Source: Ascoidea asiatica JCM 7603
Taxonomy: Eukaryota > Fungi > Ascomycota
Direction of reading: 5' to 3'
DNA length: 64,000 nucleotides
NCBI GenBank assembly: GCA_001600695.1
Contig: BCKQ01000002.1
Coordinates: 641,184 to 705,183, forward strand
The first letter of the stretch is position 1; each line of letters starts with the position of its first letter. The notes under the pieces are model-generated. The model had not been told where the DNA came from and did no database searches. It saw only the letters and a program-made list of their open reading frames with translations. Shown piece by piece: positions 59,310 to 64,000 of this stretch. The translations under genes and the position numbers were made by a program.

Positions 59310-60063
59310 CTTTAATAATTAATAATAATAAATATAACTTTTTTTAAATAAAATACCAATTCAGCAATAATTTAATAATTTCAACTTCTAACTTTATAAC
59401 TAGTACTACTACTACTACCACTATTACTTAACCTAAATTTTAAATGTAATCAATTATATATTTTTCTCCAAAGGTTTGAATATTCTATTAACCACAACTT
59501 CTTTCTTTTTTAAATATTTATTTCATTTAATTTATCACCTATTCACCATTTATTTATCACTTCTTTAGACCTATTTTAAAATAACTTAAACAAATAATTT
59601 CCATTTTACTGCAATCTGTCTACAATTACAATTTTAACATAACATTTATCAATGCCGAGCAGTATAATTACCTGTTGTGGTAATTTTTAATTCTATTTCA
59701 CCGTAATTTGAATTGTAAAAACCGTTCCGACCATAATATTTCCAAAACAAGTAATTGAAACCCCGTGACCATTACAAATTTCCTAGTTTTTCATTCCGGC
59801 GTTTCATTTTTTTTGTATTTCTTAAGAAAATATTTTTTATTTCTTGATTTGTAAATAACATCTTTAAAGGTTCAAATTTCAAGAAATCTTTCAAAATAAG
59901 TACTAATATTACTATTATAATGATGATAAATTGAATTATAACTTCATGTTTTAATAATATATCTTGTAATTCATTTCTAAATTAAAATTTTATTGACAAA
60001 TAACAATTTATAGGTTCAAGATAACTTAATTTTTTTTTTTTTCAATTAAAAATTCATAAAAAA

Positions 60064-63000
60064 ATGGGTGTTCCAGCTCTTTTTAGATGGTTATCTCAAA
60101 AATATCCAAAAATTGTTTCTCAAGTACAATTACCTCAAGATCAAGTTAATTTTGATTATTCTTCTCCAAATCCAAATGGTGAACTTGATAATTTATATCT
60201 TGATATGAATGGTATTGTACATCCATGTGCTCATCCTGAAAATAGACCTCCTCCAGAAACTGAAGAAGAAATGATGTTAGAAATTTTTCGTTATACTGAT
60301 AATGTTATAAATATGGCAAAACCAAGAAAAGTTTTAATGATTGCAATTGATGGTGTTGCTCCAAGAGCTAAAATGAATCAACAACGTTCAAGAAGATTTA
60401 GATCTGCAAGAGATGCACAACTTCAACAAGATGAAATTGATAAACAAATTTTAATTAAAGAACAAATTAATGGTGAAATTATTGATCAATCAATAAAATC
60501 AAAAAAACATTGGGATTCAAATTCAATTACTCCTGGTACTCCATTTATGGATTTATTAGCAAAATCTTTAAGATATTGGGTTGCTTATAAATTATCAAAT
60601 GATTTAGGTTGGAAAGATTTACAAGTTATAATTTCAGATTCTTCTGTACCTGGTGAAGGTGAACATAAATTAATGAATTTTATTAGATCTCAAAGATTAA
60701 ATCCACAATATAATCCAAATACAACTCATTGTATTTATGGTTTAGATGCTGATTTAATTTTTCTTGGTTTAGCAACTCATGAACCACATTTTAGAATTTT
60801 AAGAGAAGATGTTTTTGCTCAAAATCAAAAAAAAATGAGTGTTGAAGATCAATTAAATTTAACTGAAGATGAAAAACAAGATATAAAAGATCAAAATAGT
60901 AAAAAACCATTTATTTGGTTACATGTACCAATTTTAAGAGAATATTTAAATGCAGAATTAGATATACCAAAACTTGATGGTAAACTTAATCTTGAAAGAT
61001 GTATTGATGATTGGGTATTTCTTTGTTTTTTTATTGGTAATGATTTTTTACCACATTTACCTTCTTTAAGTGTTAGAGATAATTCAATTGATTTATTAAT
61101 TGGAATTTGGAAATCAATTTTACCAAGATTATTTAATAAAAATGATTCAAAATTAAATTATTTAACTTGTGATGGTAATTTAAATTTTTTTGGTGTTGAA
61201 ATTTTATTAAAAGAATTAAGTAAAAAAGAACCAGGAATTTTTATTAAAAAACATAGTATGGAAGTTAGAAGAAAAGAAAATGAAGAAAGAAAAAAACAAA
61301 GAAGACAAGAAACAAAAAGATTAAAACAAGGTTTTTTATCTACTTCAAATAATTCATTACCTGAAGTTCCTTTATTTAATCCAACTGATAATGTAAATGT
61401 AAATATTAATGAATTAATTGAAAATGATAAAAAATCTGCAATTAGTGCAATTAAAGCTTCAAATTCAAATATAAATGTTGATTTAAATAATGCTTCAGCT
61501 GCAGCATTATTAAAAAATCAACTTTTAACTTCAAATTCAATTTCAAATTCAAATTCAAATTTAGGTGAAAAACGTAAATTTGAAGAAATTGTAAATGTTG
61601 ATGATTCTGATATTGAAATAAATTCAACTATTGAAACAAATTCTGAATTTATATCATCTATTGATTCTGATATTCATATATATAATAAAGTTGTTCATAA
61701 TTCTCATGGAAATTATATAATAAATAATAATGAAGAAATTAAATTTTATGAAAATAATTATAGTGATAGATATTATAAAATGAAATTTCATCTTAATTTT
61801 AGTGAATTAAATGAATTTAGAAATAAAGTTCTTACACATTATTTAGAAGGTGTTTGTTGGGTATTATTATATTATTATCAAGGATGTCCATCATGGAAAT
61901 GGTATTATCCATTTCATTATTCACCATTATGTATTGATTTTGAGAATTTTAATTTTTCAAAATTAAAAATAAAATTTGAAAAAGGAGAACCATTTAAACC
62001 ATATGAACAATTAATGAGTGTTTTACCAGCAAGTTCATCACATAATTTACCAAATATATTTCATGATTTAATGAAAAATAAAAATTCAGAAATTATTGAT
62101 TTTTATCCAGAAAATTTTGATATTGATATGAATGGAAATTTTCAATCATGGTTAGGTATACCATTATTACCATTTATTGATGAAAATAGATTACTTAAAG
62201 CACTTCAAAAAAAATATTTATTATTAAATAAAGATGAACAAAGAAGAAATGAAAATAGAAAAGAAATTATAATGATTAGTGATAAATGTAAATGGTATAA
62301 AACTTGGAAAAAAAAATTATATTTAAAAAAACAATTAAATGAAGAAAATAATGAAAATACATTTTCATATAGTTTTGATAGTAAAAAAACTAATTTATGT
62401 GGAAGTGTTTGGAAAGTTGAAAATTTTGATATTGAAGATACATTAAAATATCCATTAAGATGTAATGATTCTGAAAATTTATATCCACCAGAAATTATGC
62501 AATGTTTATTTTTAAAAACATATTATTCATTTTTTAAAAATCCTAAAAAAGATATTAAAATACCTGGAAAATCAATGTTATTAAATGGATTTATATCATC
62601 AAGAAATGAATTAAGTATAGAAGATATTGATAATATTAAATATGGACAAGGATTTACACAAAATAGATTTATTAGAAATTTTAAAATGGGTAATAATGAT
62701 AATAATGGTAATAATAATGGTGAAAATTATTTAATTGGACCAGATAAAGAAAAATTGAATATTTATAAAAGTAGAAATGGTGGATATAAAAGTTTTTTAA
62801 ATAATAATATTCTTGGAGGAGGTAATCAAGGAATTTTACATAAACAAAATGTTCAAAATATAATTAATAATGCAGGTAATAATTCTGGTGGTAATTTTAG
62901 GAATAATAATTATCGTTCTTCCAATAATTATAATCAAGGAAGATCATATAATGGAAATTACAATAATAATAATAATAACAATAATAACCATAATAATCAT

Positions 63001-63372
63001 AATAATTTCAATAACAATTACTCAAGAAATAATTACAATAATAATAGCAATAATAATAGAGGACAATCATATCCAAGTAGTAGAACTGGATATATTAAAC
63101 CTAATAATTATGGATCAAATCAAGGAAATTCAAATTATCTGAATAATGGACTGAATAGTAGAGCATTCAATAACAATATGAATAATAATATGAATAATAA
63201 TATCAATAATAATGTATTGAATAATAATGTATCTAATCTTAATGGAACAAATAATAATATATCAAATAATAGTGGAGGAAGTTTCAATAATATAAGTCGA
63301 TTTCTCAGTCAAAATAACAATAACAATAATAATAATAATGGAAATAGTTATAACAACAATAATAATAATTAA
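60064..63372 (+). CDS. RAT1: Nuclear 5'-3' exoribonuclease Rat1/Xrn2
   Basis: MGVPALFRWLS; DNLYLDMNGIVHPC.HPE; DGVAPRAKMNQQRSRRFR; WDSNSITPGT; PGEGEHK; YGLDADLI; GNDFLPH; Asn-rich tail. Confidence 0.97.
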   Translation: MGVPALFRWLSQKYPKIVSQVQLPQDQVNFDYSSPNPNGELDNLYLDMNGIVHPCAHPENRPPPETEEEMMLEIFRYTDNVINMAKPRKVLMIAIDGVAPRAKMNQQRSRRFRSARDAQLQQDEIDKQILIKEQINGEIIDQSIKSKKHWDSNSITPGTPFMDLLAKSLRYWVAYKLSNDLGWKDLQVIISDSSVPGEGEHKLMNFIRSQRLNPQYNPNTTHCIYGLDADLIFLGLATHEPHFRILREDVFAQNQKKMSVEDQLNLTEDEKQDIKDQNSKKPFIWLHVPILREYLNAELDIPKLDGKLNLERCIDDWVFLCFFIGNDFLPHLPSLSVRDNSIDLLIGIWKSILPRLFNKNDSKLNYLTCDGNLNFFGVEILLKELSKKEPGIFIKKHSMEVRRKENEERKKQRRQETKRLKQGFLSTSNNSLPEVPLFNPTDNVNVNINELIENDKKSAISAIKASNSNINVDLNNASAAALLKNQLLTSNSISNSNSNLGEKRKFEEIVNVDDSDIEINSTIETNSEFISSIDSDIHIYNKVVHNSHGNYIINNNEEIKFYENNYSDRYYKMKFHLNFSELNEFRNKVLTHYLEGVCWVLLYYYQGCPSWKWYYPFHYSPLCIDFENFNFSKLKIKFEKGEPFKPYEQLMSVLPASSSHNLPNIFHDLMKNKNSEIIDFYPENFDIDMNGNFQSWLGIPLLPFIDENRLLKALQKKYLLLNKDEQRRNENRKEIIMISDKCKWYKTWKKKLYLKKQLNEENNENTFSYSFDSKKTNLCGSVWKVENFDIEDTLKYPLRCNDSENLYPPEIMQCLFLKTYYSFFKNPKKDIKIPGKSMLLNGFISSRNELSIEDIDNIKYGQGFTQNRFIRNFKMGNNDNNGNNNGENYLIGPDKEKLNIYKSRNGGYKSFLNNNILGGGNQGILHKQNVQNIINNAGNNSGGNFRNNNYRSSNNYNQGRSYNGNYNNNNNNNNNHNNHNNFNNNYSRNNYNNNSNNNRGQSYPSSRTGYIKPNNYGSNQGNSNYLNNGLNSRAFNNNMNNNMNNNINNNVLNNNVSNLNGTNNNISNNSGGSFNNISRFLSQNNNNNNNNNGNSYNNNNNN

Positions 63373-64000
63373 AATTAAATTGAATTAAATTGAATTACTC
63401 ATATTTCTATATGATTATCTGTATTATAATATCTGAATTGAATGTTTTTTTCACTTAATGTCAAAGGATTGTTGTAGCTCAGCATTTGTAGAGTATTGAA
63501 TTACTTGTAGAAATTGTTTTTATATTGCATTATATCATAATATATTATATTGTATTATATTGCAGTGGAGTGGATCATGGAGACGAAAATGTGCCAGTTT
63601 CTGGTGGCGGTGGCGAACGAAAATGACTTTTTCTTTGTTTTTGTTTTTGTTTTTTCTTTGTCTTTGCACAGGGCAGAAAAGTTTCTTAGAAGCAGTTACA
63701 CAAATATAAAGAAGAAGAAGAAAAGACACCAGAAACAGAAACAGCAACAGCAAAGATACTAATACCAATACCAATAACAATAACAATAACAATAACAAAA
63801 GTAGTGAGATGAAGATGCTGATAATGATAATAGCCAACAGGATGATAGATAGTGGAAATGTAAACAGCAGAAGCAGCAGAAACTCCATATCTGATACTGG
63901 TCTTGCTACTGAAGCTGCTGTTCCTTTTGTAAAGGCATCAACAGAACCATCATAGATTTATGTTTGCTTCTTCTTCAATTCATTCATTCTTCCTTTCTTC

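Noticed and set aside
63535-64000. Coding-like low-complexity sequence at the right edge
   Set aside because: Only short repeat-derived frames without recognisable product; cannot be resolved at the window boundary.
1-64000. CRISPR arrays, transposons, rRNA, telomeric arrays, bacterial-type operons or HGT islands
   Set aside because: Repeats are simple tandem units without spacers; no transposase, RT or integrase motifs; TTAGGG-like words are isolated; all recognisable genes are typical yeast genes.

Overview
Eukaryotic nuclear DNA from an extremely AT-rich budding yeast (Saccharomycotina). Asn-homopolymer-laden proteins, intron style and gene set suggest an Ascoidea-like species, which is an inference. 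The window holds about 28 protein genes, mostly housekeeping: MED20/SRB2, PHO23, CTK2, BNA6, CNS1, COA3, KCH1, PPS1, a ferric reductase, PRP19, PAB1, an RTA1-family gene, BUD31, a YCF1-like ABCC transporter, OXA1, POM33-like, an SDR, a GH18 chitinase, HLJ1, RET3 and RAT1. Three genes have spliceosomal introns missed by the ORF track (SRB2, COA3, RET3). There are two tRNA genes, an intron-containing elongator Met(CAT) and Cys(GCA). No transposon, CRISPR or rRNA is evident. Best leads: (1) an unannotated structured ncRNA with a snoRNA-type promoter at 56.25-56.67 kb; (2) two adjacent candidate pseudoenzymes, a yapsin-like protein with broken catalytic motifs and a 1054-aa orphan that may hold a dead USP fold; (3) an orphan mitochondrial helical protein head-to-head with OXA1, in the PET122 position; (4) a probable 77-aa microprotein gene; (5) a tRNA-Met with an atypical anticodon loop; (6) GC/CpG-rich promoter islands marked by CACGTG. 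All homology calls are from recall of known families, not from searches.
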